Notes: generated by a model from the letters alone, not told the origin. Numbered from the stretch's first letter, positions 1 to 8,596 are shown. The stretch: 64,000 nt of DNA from Bacilli bacterium (GCA_050949315.1 JBMNFL010000001.1:64001-128000), one strand, 5' to 3'. A program made the numbers and translations.

Positions 1-144
1 GTTTCAATATCTACTGGTATATAATTTCTTTCTTGTGTTAAAATATCCATGGGCATCTCCTTCTATATTGGTTCAACTTCATTATAGATAAGATGCCTAC
101 TTTTTTTTATTAATTTTGTCTCACATCATTTGATATTAAACACA
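1..144 (-). mobile_element. End of a second, divergent IS481-like element (partial, runs off window); includes 5' end of a putative transposase gene (ATG at 50, MDILTQERNYIPVDIET...)
   Basis: 28-bp end 117-144 reads TGTGT...ACA on the - strand, like the end of the adjacent IS. The -10 box lies 58 bp from the end in both elements. Same RBS-covering hairpin (51-98). Only 16 codons are visible. Confidence 0.65.
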
Positions 145-166
145 GTTGACTAGTTTTTACTATAAT
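145..166 (+). repeat. 22-bp direct repeat (target-site duplication), copy 1: GTTGACTAGTTTTTACTATAAT
   Basis: Identical to 1215-1236; abuts the TGT end of the IS at 167. Confidence 0.9.
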
Positions 167-1214
167 TGTCTTAATTGTCAAGACATATGTTACACTTTGA
201 GAAATATTCTGTTACAACTTGATTAGGGCTTTTAAAGTTAAGACATGTTTTAGCTGTATTGTTATATCGCTGCTCGTGTTTAGCTACTTGTTGTCTAAGT
301 TCTTTCTCGCTAATAAAGATTTTTCGCCCATACAGAATTTTTCCATCTTCTCTATGACTTCTTTCAACTTTTCCGTTCTGCCACGGTGAATAAGGTCTCG
401 TCCTTTTTAATTTTATTCCTAACTTATTGGCCGTCAGTTCAAATATACTCGTTTTATTAGTACGATCATCATCATTTACAAATTCGGCTCCGTTGTCCAC
501 TTGTATCATATTAATTGGAAATCCCATGGCTTTTTCTAGGCTTTTAAGATATTTTGTCGTTTCGTACGTACTCTTCTCTTTGACTATACAGAGAATTCTT
601 TTGCGACTAAACTCATCAATTCCAGTGATTTGATAATATCTGTCTCCATATGTTGGGAATTTTATGCATTCAAGGGGAACATACTTTATATCTATCTGCA
701 CCTTGTCTCCAGGATATTTTCCGTCCAATCTTTCGTATTTTGTATAACTCTTACGATGAATTTCCGGGGTTTTATAACCCTTTTTTCGTATTTGTCGACA
801 CATACTCCCAAAACTTCTTTTATACCCTTTTTGACAACATCGAACATATACTTCTGCCAATCCATAAACACCATTTCTTCTTAACATTCGCTTAATTAGC
901 GACAGCTCATCATCTGTATGAGCATTTGGACTAGTTAGGGGTCTTCTTGAGCGCAAGGCAAGACTTCTGATGTCCCCATCATATTTGTTTAATTGCCTAT
1001 AAACAAACTGACGGTTGGTGTGATAACGCCTTGCGGCTCTTGTTACACCATTTTTGAGCGCATATTCACACATTTTCTGGCGAAAGCGCATTTCTTCGGT
1101 TATACTAGTCATGAGAGAGCTCCTTTCGGTACCTTTTTTTGGATAAACTTATTGTACCAGAGTCTCTCTCTTTTTTTATTTATTTCTGTAACATATGTTT
1201 TATCACACTACACA
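167..1214 (-). mobile_element. IS481-family insertion sequence, 1048 bp, TGT...ACA ends, imperfect 28-bp terminal IRs (167-194 / 1187-1214)
   Basis: IR core ACATATGTTACA / TGTAACATATGT; single DDE transposase; flanked by 22-bp direct repeats. Confidence 0.88.
171..1112 (-). CDS. IS481-family DDE transposase (HTH + rve integrase core)
   Basis: QIDIKYV, QVDNGAEF, TRPYSPWQNGKVERSHR motifs. Confidence 0.93.
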   Translation of the reverse strand: MTSITEEMRFRQKMCEYALKNGVTRAARRYHTNRQFVYRQLNKYDGDIRSLALRSRRPLTSPNAHTDDELSLIKRMLRRNGVYGLAEVYVRCCQKGYKRSFGSMCRQIRKKGYKTPEIHRKSYTKYERLDGKYPGDKVQIDIKYVPLECIKFPTYGDRYYQITGIDEFSRKRILCIVKEKSTYETTKYLKSLEKAMGFPINMIQVDNGAEFVNDDDRTNKTSIFELTANKLGIKLKRTRPYSPWQNGKVERSHREDGKILYGRKIFISEKELRQQVAKHEQRYNNTAKTCLNFKSPNQVVTEYFSKCNICLDN

Positions 1215-1236
1215 GTTGACTAGTTTTTACTATAAT
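1215..1236 (+). repeat. 22-bp direct repeat, copy 2
   Basis: Identical to 145-166; abuts the ACA end of the IS. Confidence 0.9.
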
Positions 1237-1245
1237 TGTTAAAAT
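1216..1245 (+). promoter_or_regulatory. sigmaA-type promoter of spx
   Basis: TTGACT (1216-1221), 18-bp spacer, TG-t-TAAAAT (-10 at 1240-1245); RBS AAGGTGA before TTG start. Confidence 0.7.
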
Positions 1246-1265
1246 AACAACAGAAGGTGATTTAA

Positions 1266-1691
1266 TTGATTAGAATCTATACGTCTCCAAGTTGTGCTTC
1301 CTGTCGTAAGGCCATCGCCTTTTTAAAGGAGCACAAAATCCCTTTCAAGGAAAAGAATATTTTGACGGCGCTTTTGTCGGAGGCGGAAATTAGAGACATT
1401 TTGGTAAAAAGCGAAAACGGGACTGATGATATTATCTCTAAGCGCTCCAAAATTATTAAGGAGGGTAATGTTGATATTGATAGTATGAAAGTCAGTGAAT
1501 TAATCGCTTTTATTCGTGAAAATCCAACGGTTTTAAAGCGACCTATCATCGTTAATGATCGCTTGATGCAAGTTGGTTATAATAAAGAAGAGATTAGGAC
1601 CTTTATCCCGCGAGAACTACGTCGTCTCATGTATGAGAGTAATTGTGGTCCGGATTGTCCTAATTGTAAGGATGATTGTTATAAAAAATAA
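1266..1691 (+). CDS. spx: Spx/MgsR family RNAP-binding regulator with Cys-rich C-terminal tail
   Basis: YTSPSCASCRKA CXXC motif, LKRPII, GYNKEEIRTFIPR. Confidence 0.9.
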   Translation: MIRIYTSPSCASCRKAIAFLKEHKIPFKEKNILTALLSEAEIRDILVKSENGTDDIISKRSKIIKEGNVDIDSMKVSELIAFIRENPTVLKRPIIVNDRLMQVGYNKEEIRTFIPRELRRLMYESNCGPDCPNCKDDCYKK

Positions 1692-1716
1692 AACATGGTT
1701 TCAAGCCATGTTTTTT
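1690..1716. terminator. Bidirectional intrinsic terminator between spx and nadK
   Basis: AAAACATGG-tttcaag-CCATGTTTTTT. Confidence 0.75.
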
Positions 1717-2503
1717 AATCAAGAAATTTTTCTTTGATTTTCTTCAAGAAACTATTTTCTCGGAAGTGAATTAAGTTCACACATTTTGGACTAAGCTGGA
1801 CTTCAATTTTCCCGGCTTTCGGTTTTTTTATGGAGTAGTAATCAATGCCGATGTAGGCGGATTCAAAATATTGAGATTCTAGGCTTATTTTGTGTGTTTC
1901 ATCTAAAATTAAGGGATTTAATAAAGTGCGAATATTCCGAGTATTGATTGGGGCGATTTCGCTAATAGTTATAGCCTTAATTGTGCGCTCAACTAAGGGA
2001 CCGCCTAAGGAACGGTTGTAAGCAGTTGAACCTAAAGGACTGCAAATACAAAGACCATTACCAAAGGTTTTTTCAAAGTCTTGATTATCAATTGCAACAT
2101 TAATTTCTAAAGTGCGAAAACGGTGTTCTACACGCAGTTCATTAACACAGAAATGTTGCTCCTTTTTATCATCATAAAAATAATTTACTTCCAGTAAATG
2201 ACATTTTTCTTCTTGGTAGTCTTTAGTTAAAAGATCATCAATTAAAAGATTGACATCTTTAGAATTATAGTCGGTTAAAAAACCAAGTGTCCCCGTGTTC
2301 AAAGCGACAAATTTAGTTTTATCGAGTTGGTTCAAGTAACGATGAATGGCCCGCAAAACCTTGCCGTCGCCGCCAATAACAATAACAAATTCAGGATTAA
2401 CATCATCATTAATCCAAGCATTAGCTTCCAATTCTTCCCTAATTCTTTGGGCAGCATTAATGGAGAAATTATCGGTGCGACTATAGATGGTAAACTTTTT
2501 CAT
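1715..2503 (-). CDS. nadK: NAD kinase
   Basis: IGGDG, GTLGFL, NE, GSTAYNRSLGGP motifs. Confidence 0.92.
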   Translation of the reverse strand: MKKFTIYSRTDNFSINAAQRIREELEANAWINDDVNPEFVIVIGGDGKVLRAIHRYLNQLDKTKFVALNTGTLGFLTDYNSKDVNLLIDDLLTKDYQEEKCHLLEVNYFYDDKKEQHFCVNELRVEHRFRTLEINVAIDNQDFEKTFGNGLCICSPLGSTAYNRSLGGPLVERTIKAITISEIAPINTRNIRTLLNPLILDETHKISLESQYFESAYIGIDYYSIKKPKAGKIEVQLSPKCVNLIHFRENSFLKKIKEKFLD

Positions 2504-2568
2504 CCATTTAACCTCTTTCTAATTCTCTTTTATTATTGTATCATAAACTTGAAAAAGGAGGTATAATA

Positions 2569-3111
2569 ATGAGCAAATTTATCGAAATTGAGGCCAAGTA
2601 TTTATTAAACAAGGAAGATTTTATTAAATTGCACCAATATTTAAAATTAGACGATCAAAAAAGTTTTGTTCAAAATAATGAATATCTTGATACGTTGGAC
2701 CAGCATTTACGTGAAAAGGCTTGGATGTTACGCATAAGAACTATTGGGACCCAAAAAGAATTGACCTTAAAAAAGCCACTTAAAGAGGGTATGGAAGAAA
2801 CAAATATTCCAATTAGTGCCGAAGAATATCAAAAGATTATCAAAACGGGTCGAGTTCCCCTTACTGGCTTAGAAAAACTAAAATTTGTGGTCATTGGGCG
2901 CCTACTTACTAAACGAATTTCTTGCCCTTATGAAGGGGGCGAACTTTTTCTAGACGAAAATTATTATCGTAGTCTTTACGATTACGAAGTTGAATATGAA
3001 GTAAAGGATTCTCTTGAGCGTGCTAAAAAAACGCTGGAAGAACTTTTTGATAAGTTGGAGATTAGTTCTTATAGACCTTCACGTTCAAAAAATTATCGTT
3101 GCTGTTATTAA
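2569..3111 (+). CDS. CYTH-domain protein (YjbK-like)
   Basis: EIEAK, LRIR, DYEVEYE; ATG at 2569 after AGGAGG. Confidence 0.85.
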   Translation: MSKFIEIEAKYLLNKEDFIKLHQYLKLDDQKSFVQNNEYLDTLDQHLREKAWMLRIRTIGTQKELTLKKPLKEGMEETNIPISAEEYQKIIKTGRVPLTGLEKLKFVVIGRLLTKRISCPYEGGELFLDENYYRSLYDYEVEYEVKDSLERAKKTLEELFDKLEISSYRPSRSKNYRCCY

Positions 3112-3140
3112 AAAATGTTAGACAAGAGCTAACATTTTTC
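3110..3140. terminator. Bidirectional terminator between the CYTH gene and maf
   Basis: AAAAATGTTAG...CTAACATTTTT. Confidence 0.7.
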
Positions 3141-3142
3141 TT

Positions 3143-3694
3143 TTATAGGTGTTTCAATTCTTGAATAATTTTAGCGATTGGTAGTCCCATTACGGTATAA
3201 AAATCGCCGTTAATGGCTTTTATATATTTAGCACCCAGTCCTTGAATAGCATAAGCACCTGCTTTATCTAAAGGCTCTTTGGTGGCGACATAATCGGCAA
3301 TTTCTTTTGCACTCATGGGATAGAATTCCACCTCAGTGATTGAAGTAAAAGAGCGGATTTTAGTGCCTTTTTGTAGGCAAACACCGGTGGAAACCAAATG
3401 CTTTTCACCGGCTAGTTTGCTTAACATTTCTTGAGCCTCCAACGAATTTTTGGGTTTGCCAAGAATTTCATTATCAATAATGACAATAGTATCGGCAGCA
3501 AGAACGATATCATCAGGGTGTTTTTTGGAAACATTCTGCGCTTTTGCTTGGGCTAATTTTTCGGGCAAGTAGATTTTTTCGCCTGTATATTTTAAATTTT
3601 CTTCAGTAAAATCTGAAGGTATGACTTGGAATTTTAAGCCCACTAGTTTGAGGATTTCCTTCCGCCTAGGGGAAGCGCTAGCTAAGATTAACAT
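3143..3694 (-). CDS. maf: Maf family nucleoside triphosphate pyrophosphatase
   Basis: LILASASPRR, ADT, DKAGAYAIQG. Confidence 0.95.
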   Translation of the reverse strand: MLILASASPRRKEILKLVGLKFQVIPSDFTEENLKYTGEKIYLPEKLAQAKAQNVSKKHPDDIVLAADTIVIIDNEILGKPKNSLEAQEMLSKLAGEKHLVSTGVCLQKGTKIRSFTSITEVEFYPMSAKEIADYVATKEPLDKAGAYAIQGLGAKYIKAINGDFYTVMGLPIAKIIQELKHL

Positions 3695-3699
3695 CTCAA

Positions 3700-5466
3700 T
3701 TATTTCTCTGATAATTTACTTTCCACTTTAGCCATGGTTTTTCTTCTTTTGCGCACATCTTTAATGACATGATTCAACACTTCATCTTCTTCAGTTAATT
3801 TATTCATTATGACGGGAACAATCATGGGATTACGATTGGTTTTTTCATAGATAAAAGAGGCCAAAGAGTTGCGAATGGTATTCTTAATATTGGCAAATGT
3901 CACGCGGCCAGCAAAGAGTTCTTGTAATGAATCTTCAACATGTTGACTGGCGCTTTTTACTAATTCACCTGTTTCATCAATTTTAATAAAGCCCCGAGAG
4001 ACAATCTTTGGGGGAATAATCAATTGATTGGTGCGTGAGTCCATAGTAATTAAGCAGATTAGCACACCATCGCTTGATAAGATTTTGCGATCGCGGATAA
4101 TGGCGGTAGAAAGCCCCGAGCTATCTTTGCCGTCAACATAGATATCTTCAGCAGCTACTCTTTGACCTAGTCGCACTTCGCCCCTGCGAATGATAATAGT
4201 GTCGCCATTTGCTAAAACAAAGATATTTTCTTTAGGTATTCCTAAGGATTGAGCGATTTCGGCATGAATTTTTAACATGCGGTATTCACCGTGGATAGGC
4301 ATAAAGTATTTAGGCTCTAATAGGGCCAGCATACACTTTAATTCTTCTTGGTTAGCGTGACCTGAGGCATGAATGTTATTCAAAATTGAATTGGTTAGAA
4401 CATTAGCTCCCTGTCGGTAAAGTTTATTGACAACACGATTAATACTTAAAGCATTACCAGGGATGGGACTAGAAGAAAAAACCACGGTGTCGCCAGGCAT
4501 AATTTTCAAATATTTATGAGTACCATTGGAAATACGCGACAAGGCGGCTAAGGGTTCACCTTGACTACCTGTACAAAGGATTAATAGCTGCTCTGGTCGA
4601 TACAAATTAACATTATTCATGGCAATAATTTGGGAATCTGGACAGCGAATGTAACCATATTTTCTACCAATAGAGACGGTTTTATCCATTGAGCGCCCAA
4701 CGATGGCGATTTTTCGCTTGAAACGAACAGCGGCCTCAACAATTTGTTGAATACGATGGATATTAGAGGCGAAAGTGGCCACTAGTAAACGACCACGGGT
4801 ATTTTTAAAAACATCATTAATCTGTTCGACAACTTTACTTTCACTTAAGGATAAACCCGGAACTTCAGCGTTAGTTGAGTCACTTAAAAGTAGAGTAACA
4901 CCAGCTTTACCAATAGCGGCAATCTTATGAAGATCCATGTGTTGGCCGATAGGAGTTAAATCAATTTTAAAATCACCAGTATGGACAATTCGACCATTAG
5001 GTGTATTAATAGCTAGTCCTAAAGAATCGGGAATTGAGTGCGTGACACTAAAGAAATCAATACGCATATCATCAATGGTTAGAGAAGAATCTCCATCAAT
5101 TTCCTCAATGTTTACTTTTTGACGAATATGAAATTCTTCTAATTTATTTTTGATTAAAGCAGCCGCTAAACGCGGAGCATAGATAATGGGAATATTAACT
5201 TTTTGAAGCAGAAAAGGAATCGAACCGATGTGATCCTCGTGTCCATGCGTAATAAGTAAAGCCTTGATTTTATATTGATTAGAAACCAAATAACTAAAAT
5301 CAGGGATTACATAGTCAATACCGGGCAAATTTTCTTCTGGGAACATTACGCCCGAGTCGATTATTATGATAGTTGTATCATCTTCAACACAGTAAAGATT
5401 TTTACCTACTTCACCAAGACCGCCCAAAGCAAACACTGCAGTTTCACTTCGGCTAAAATTGTGCAT
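3700..5466 (-). CDS. rnj: Ribonuclease J
   Basis: GGLGEVGKN, THGHEDHIG, HASGH motifs. Confidence 0.96.
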   Translation of the reverse strand: MHNFSRSETAVFALGGLGEVGKNLYCVEDDTTIIIIDSGVMFPEENLPGIDYVIPDFSYLVSNQYKIKALLITHGHEDHIGSIPFLLQKVNIPIIYAPRLAAALIKNKLEEFHIRQKVNIEEIDGDSSLTIDDMRIDFFSVTHSIPDSLGLAINTPNGRIVHTGDFKIDLTPIGQHMDLHKIAAIGKAGVTLLLSDSTNAEVPGLSLSESKVVEQINDVFKNTRGRLLVATFASNIHRIQQIVEAAVRFKRKIAIVGRSMDKTVSIGRKYGYIRCPDSQIIAMNNVNLYRPEQLLILCTGSQGEPLAALSRISNGTHKYLKIMPGDTVVFSSSPIPGNALSINRVVNKLYRQGANVLTNSILNNIHASGHANQEELKCMLALLEPKYFMPIHGEYRMLKIHAEIAQSLGIPKENIFVLANGDTIIIRRGEVRLGQRVAAEDIYVDGKDSSGLSTAIIRDRKILSSDGVLICLITMDSRTNQLIIPPKIVSRGFIKIDETGELVKSASQHVEDSLQELFAGRVTFANIKNTIRNSLASFIYEKTNRNPMIVPVIMNKLTEEDEVLNHVIKDVRKRRKTMAKVESKLSEK

Positions 5467-5576
5467 AAATTGTCGTCCTCCTATTATCTAAGTAAACCAG
5501 TTGGTGCTATTCTAACATACAAAAATCTTTTTGACTAGTGTTTTCAATAAAAAAGTGCAAAGTATCGAAAAAACAA

Positions 5577-6908
5577 TTAAAAATCAGCTTTAATCAAACG
5601 TTTAAAGGCTAAAATATTTGCTCCTTGATTGAGATCGTATTTATTGCCAAAAGTTTTGGCAGTTTCAAAAATGTCTTCAAAGATTCTTAACATATTCTCT
5701 TTAAGCTTTTGATCAACTTCTTGGAATGACCATTGCTCGTTTTTAGCATTTTGAAGCATTTCAAAATAAGAAACAATCACTCCACCAGCATTAGCGGCTT
5801 TACTTGGACCAAAGATGATTCTATTATCAACAAGAAAATCCACGGCTTCTTTGGTGCAGGGTTTATTGGCCCCTTCACAAACAGCTAAGCAAGCATTGTT
5901 TTTTAATTTTTTAGCGGCCGGAAGATCTAATTCATTTTGCGTGGCGCAGGGTAAGGCAATGTCACAAGGAAAATCCCAAATAGCCTGAGGATCATCAGAG
6001 TAAAGACTATTAGGACATGTTTTAAGATATTCCTTAATTCTTCCGCGTTTTTCTTTAATTTTTTGAATGGAAGTTATATTTAAACCTTTTGGGTCGTAGA
6101 CAAGACTAGAGGAATCCGACATGGCTACAATAATGGCTCCTAGTTCTTGAACTTTTAAAGCAGTATGAATTGCCACATTTCCTGAGCCGGAGATGATAAT
6201 CTTTTTCTTTTTAAAATCACTATTTAAAAATCTTTTAAGAGCGGCTTCAGTAAAATAGCAAAGACCATAACCAGTTGCTTCTTTTCTTAGGTATGAGCCC
6301 CCGTCTTTTAAATCTTTGCCAGTAAAACTGCCTTTTTCGGCTTGGGGATTTAAGCGACAAAACTCGTGATAAAGATAGGAGATTTCTTGACTGCCAACAC
6401 CAATATCGCCGGCAGGAATATCAATGTCTGCTCCAATATGCGGTGCCAGTTTAGTTATAAAAGTTTCACAGAAGCGTTTGATTTCAGAAGCGCTTTTACC
6501 TTTGGTATCAAAATTTGCCCCACCTTTTGCGCCACCTAAATTAAAACCGGTTAAAGCATTTTTGAAACTTTGTTCTAGGGCTAGAAATTTAAAAACAGAT
6601 TCGTTTACTGATGGATGAAAACGCAGCCCACCTTTATAAGGACCCAGCGTAGAATTAAATTGGATACGATAGCCCTTATTGCTTAAAAGTTGACCTTGAT
6701 CATCTTGCCAATTGACATTAAAAGTTACAACTTTTTCGGGAATAAATAAAGAAGTTAAACTTTCTTCATCTAGTTGCGAAGAATGAAGAGTCAAGTAGGC
6801 TTCCAAACTTTCCAAAATACTCTCGACCGTTTCTAGATATTCTTTTTGTTTAGGAGCCAAGTTCAAAATTCTTTGATAAACTTTTTTTGATAGTTCTAAT
6901 TTGAGCAT
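5577..6908 (-). CDS. gdhA: NADP-specific glutamate dehydrogenase
   Basis: GPYKGGLRFHPSV, GGAKGG, PAGDIGVG, PCATQNE. Confidence 0.93.
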   Translation of the reverse strand: MLKLELSKKVYQRILNLAPKQKEYLETVESILESLEAYLTLHSSQLDEESLTSLFIPEKVVTFNVNWQDDQGQLLSNKGYRIQFNSTLGPYKGGLRFHPSVNESVFKFLALEQSFKNALTGFNLGGAKGGANFDTKGKSASEIKRFCETFITKLAPHIGADIDIPAGDIGVGSQEISYLYHEFCRLNPQAEKGSFTGKDLKDGGSYLRKEATGYGLCYFTEAALKRFLNSDFKKKKIIISGSGNVAIHTALKVQELGAIIVAMSDSSSLVYDPKGLNITSIQKIKEKRGRIKEYLKTCPNSLYSDDPQAIWDFPCDIALPCATQNELDLPAAKKLKNNACLAVCEGANKPCTKEAVDFLVDNRIIFGPSKAANAGGVIVSYFEMLQNAKNEQWSFQEVDQKLKENMLRIFEDIFETAKTFGNKYDLNQGANILAFKRLIKADF

Positions 6909-7013
6909 GTTTTTACCTCTTCTTATATAGATAATTATGGACTTTTTAAAGAAAAATGGGAACCTGTGTTGTGAAACTATATAAAATTAAAAGCCGTAAG
7001 GAAAAATTTAAAA

Positions 7014-8348
7014 TTATTTCAAAACTTCCCAATAACCATATTGATTATTTCCTATCCTTTGCAAATAGCCCTTTTTAATTAAAGCATTAGTATATCTTTG
7101 TACAGTTTTTTCGGTTTTTCCTATTGCTTTAGCTAAATCCATTTTAATAATTTTGGAATTCTCTTTAATTAAATTTAATATCGTTTTTTCGTTTTCGTTT
7201 AAGTCATCAGCATAGACATTTGGTTGGACATTTGGGTGGACATTTTTTCTGTGAAAAGTAAAATAAAAACCATAAGCGGTATTTTCAAAAGACCATTTTA
7301 TATCTGCTTCTAAACAAAGCTTATTCATTCTTTTATATCCTGTACCGGACTTTTCAACATCTTTACATCTAAATAATGTTTCTAATATCAAAGGATTTCT
7401 TTTTATTGATGAAATATCTTTTTCTATAAAATCATGTGGAGTAAGCTCATCAGGAAAAGATCCTGGATTAAAGATGGTTATTTTATTTGGATGAATATTT
7501 ATTTCTATTTCTGGACTGTTTTTGTAGTTAGCATGTGCAAAGGCATTAATTACCATTTCTCTTAATGCAGCTATAGGAATTTCTGGTATTTCATCTCTTT
7601 GTGTTCCCTTGATATCTATTCTCCAATTAATACGATTTCTTAAATAAACCATGGCCTCATTAATCAAATTATAAATATTATCTTTAAATAATTTTAAATC
7701 ATTAAATGTTATTTTCTCATTTGTAGCAAAACTAGCCACTTTTAAACTAACAGGAGCATTTTTCCCAAATAAATAAAAGGCGGCATTAGTTAACATCCCA
7801 TTTGATAAAAGACCAAGAATAGTAAGAAGGCTTTTTTTATTATATTCTTTCATTTGAAGTCTTCCACAATTTATGGATTCTTTATAAAAAAGCCCGAGAG
7901 TTTTATCATCTATTTCATCTAAGTCATGAGATGAAGGTTCTTTTTCCCATTGCAAAGAATAATTGCTTTCTTTAATAAGCCTAATCAATTCATCACGGCT
8001 CATTTTTCTATTTTGAGTACCAACACGAATTAAAAATTTACCATAGGCAGAATAAGGTTGTTGTGTTCCTGAAAAAGACACCTTAATAATACTTTTCCCA
8101 TCAATAACAAGACTCTCTATTGTTGGAGTAATTTTTGGTTCTATATCTCTTGTAATTGATTCAGCCAAATCTTTTAAAGTAGAGTCACTAACTATTTGCC
8201 CCCGAATATTACCATTATCGTATACTCCGAAGTATAATACGCCACAACCATGTTTGTTAATAATAGCTGCAATGGATTCCAAAGCTTCATGTCTTTCGCT
8301 TGTTGATTCTTTAAATTCTAATATTTCAGACTCATGACCCAAGTTCAT
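7014..8348 (-). CDS. AlbA_2 (Schlafen-like) + HATPase_c_4-like + C-terminal winged-HTH protein
   Basis: ESEILEFKES...GVLYFGVYDNG; ALREMVINAFAH...NPG...GTG; C-terminal HTH. Start reassigned to ATG 8348 (SD AGAGGTG). More AT-rich than neighbours. Confidence 0.85.
   Translation of the reverse strand: MNLGHESEILEFKESTSERHEALESIAAIINKHGCGVLYFGVYDNGNIRGQIVSDSTLKDLAESITRDIEPKITPTIESLVIDGKSIIKVSFSGTQQPYSAYGKFLIRVGTQNRKMSRDELIRLIKESNYSLQWEKEPSSHDLDEIDDKTLGLFYKESINCGRLQMKEYNKKSLLTILGLLSNGMLTNAAFYLFGKNAPVSLKVASFATNEKITFNDLKLFKDNIYNLINEAMVYLRNRINWRIDIKGTQRDEIPEIPIAALREMVINAFAHANYKNSPEIEINIHPNKITIFNPGSFPDELTPHDFIEKDISSIKRNPLILETLFRCKDVEKSGTGYKRMNKLCLEADIKWSFENTAYGFYFTFHRKNVHPNVQPNVYADDLNENEKTILNLIKENSKIIKMDLAKAIGKTEKTVQRYTNALIKKGYLQRIGNNQYGYWEVLK
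7215..7246 (-). repeat. Intragenic 12-bp tandem repeat (about 2.6 units of AAATGTCCACCC) encoding NVHP-NVQP-NV linker
   Basis: - strand reads AAATGTCCACCC AAATGTCCAACC AAATGTC. Confidence 0.9.
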
Positions 8349-8370
8349 ACAAACACCTCTCTTTTTACTC

Positions 8371-8399
8371 ATCATAGCAAATGTCCACCCAAATGTCCA
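8371..8399 (-). promoter_or_regulatory. Promoter of the AlbA_2 gene, with -35 formed by the repeat
   Basis: TGGACA (8399-8394), 17-bp spacer, TG-c-TATGAT (-10 at 8376-8371). Confidence 0.65.
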
Positions 8400-8417
8400 C
8401 CCAAATGTCCACCCAAA
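8378..8417 (+). repeat. Perfect 3x 12-bp tandem repeat (CAAATGTCCACC)3+CAAA, inverted relative to 7215-7246
   Basis: Read directly from the sequence. Confidence 0.95.
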
Positions 8418-8596
8418 ACTTTATTGTTTTAAGAAAGACTATTAAAACAGAGAAAACCAATTGTTCAGATTAAAATAAAAAAAGAATCACGTAATAATAG
8501 ATAATAACTTTTAATGTAATGAGTATTCAAACTTGTCCTGGTTGACTTTTATGCTTTTTATGGACATAATAAGATTATTCTAAGGGGGAGAAGAGA

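Noticed and set aside
140-1239. 30-bp direct repeat as a CRISPR repeat or 30-bp target duplication
   Set aside because: Only two copies about 1 kb apart and no cas genes. The extra ACACA/TGT matches belong to IS ends and the promoter TG, leaving a 22-bp duplication.
5531-5545. TTGACTAGTG resembling the IS target repeat
   Set aside because: Only about 9 bp shared and no IS end nearby.
8349-8417. ORF start at 8375, and pairing of a 5'-UTR repeat with the internal repeat in mRNA
   Set aside because: SD and -10 positions favour ATG 8348 and a TSS near 8364, so the upstream repeats lie in the promoter and are not transcribed.
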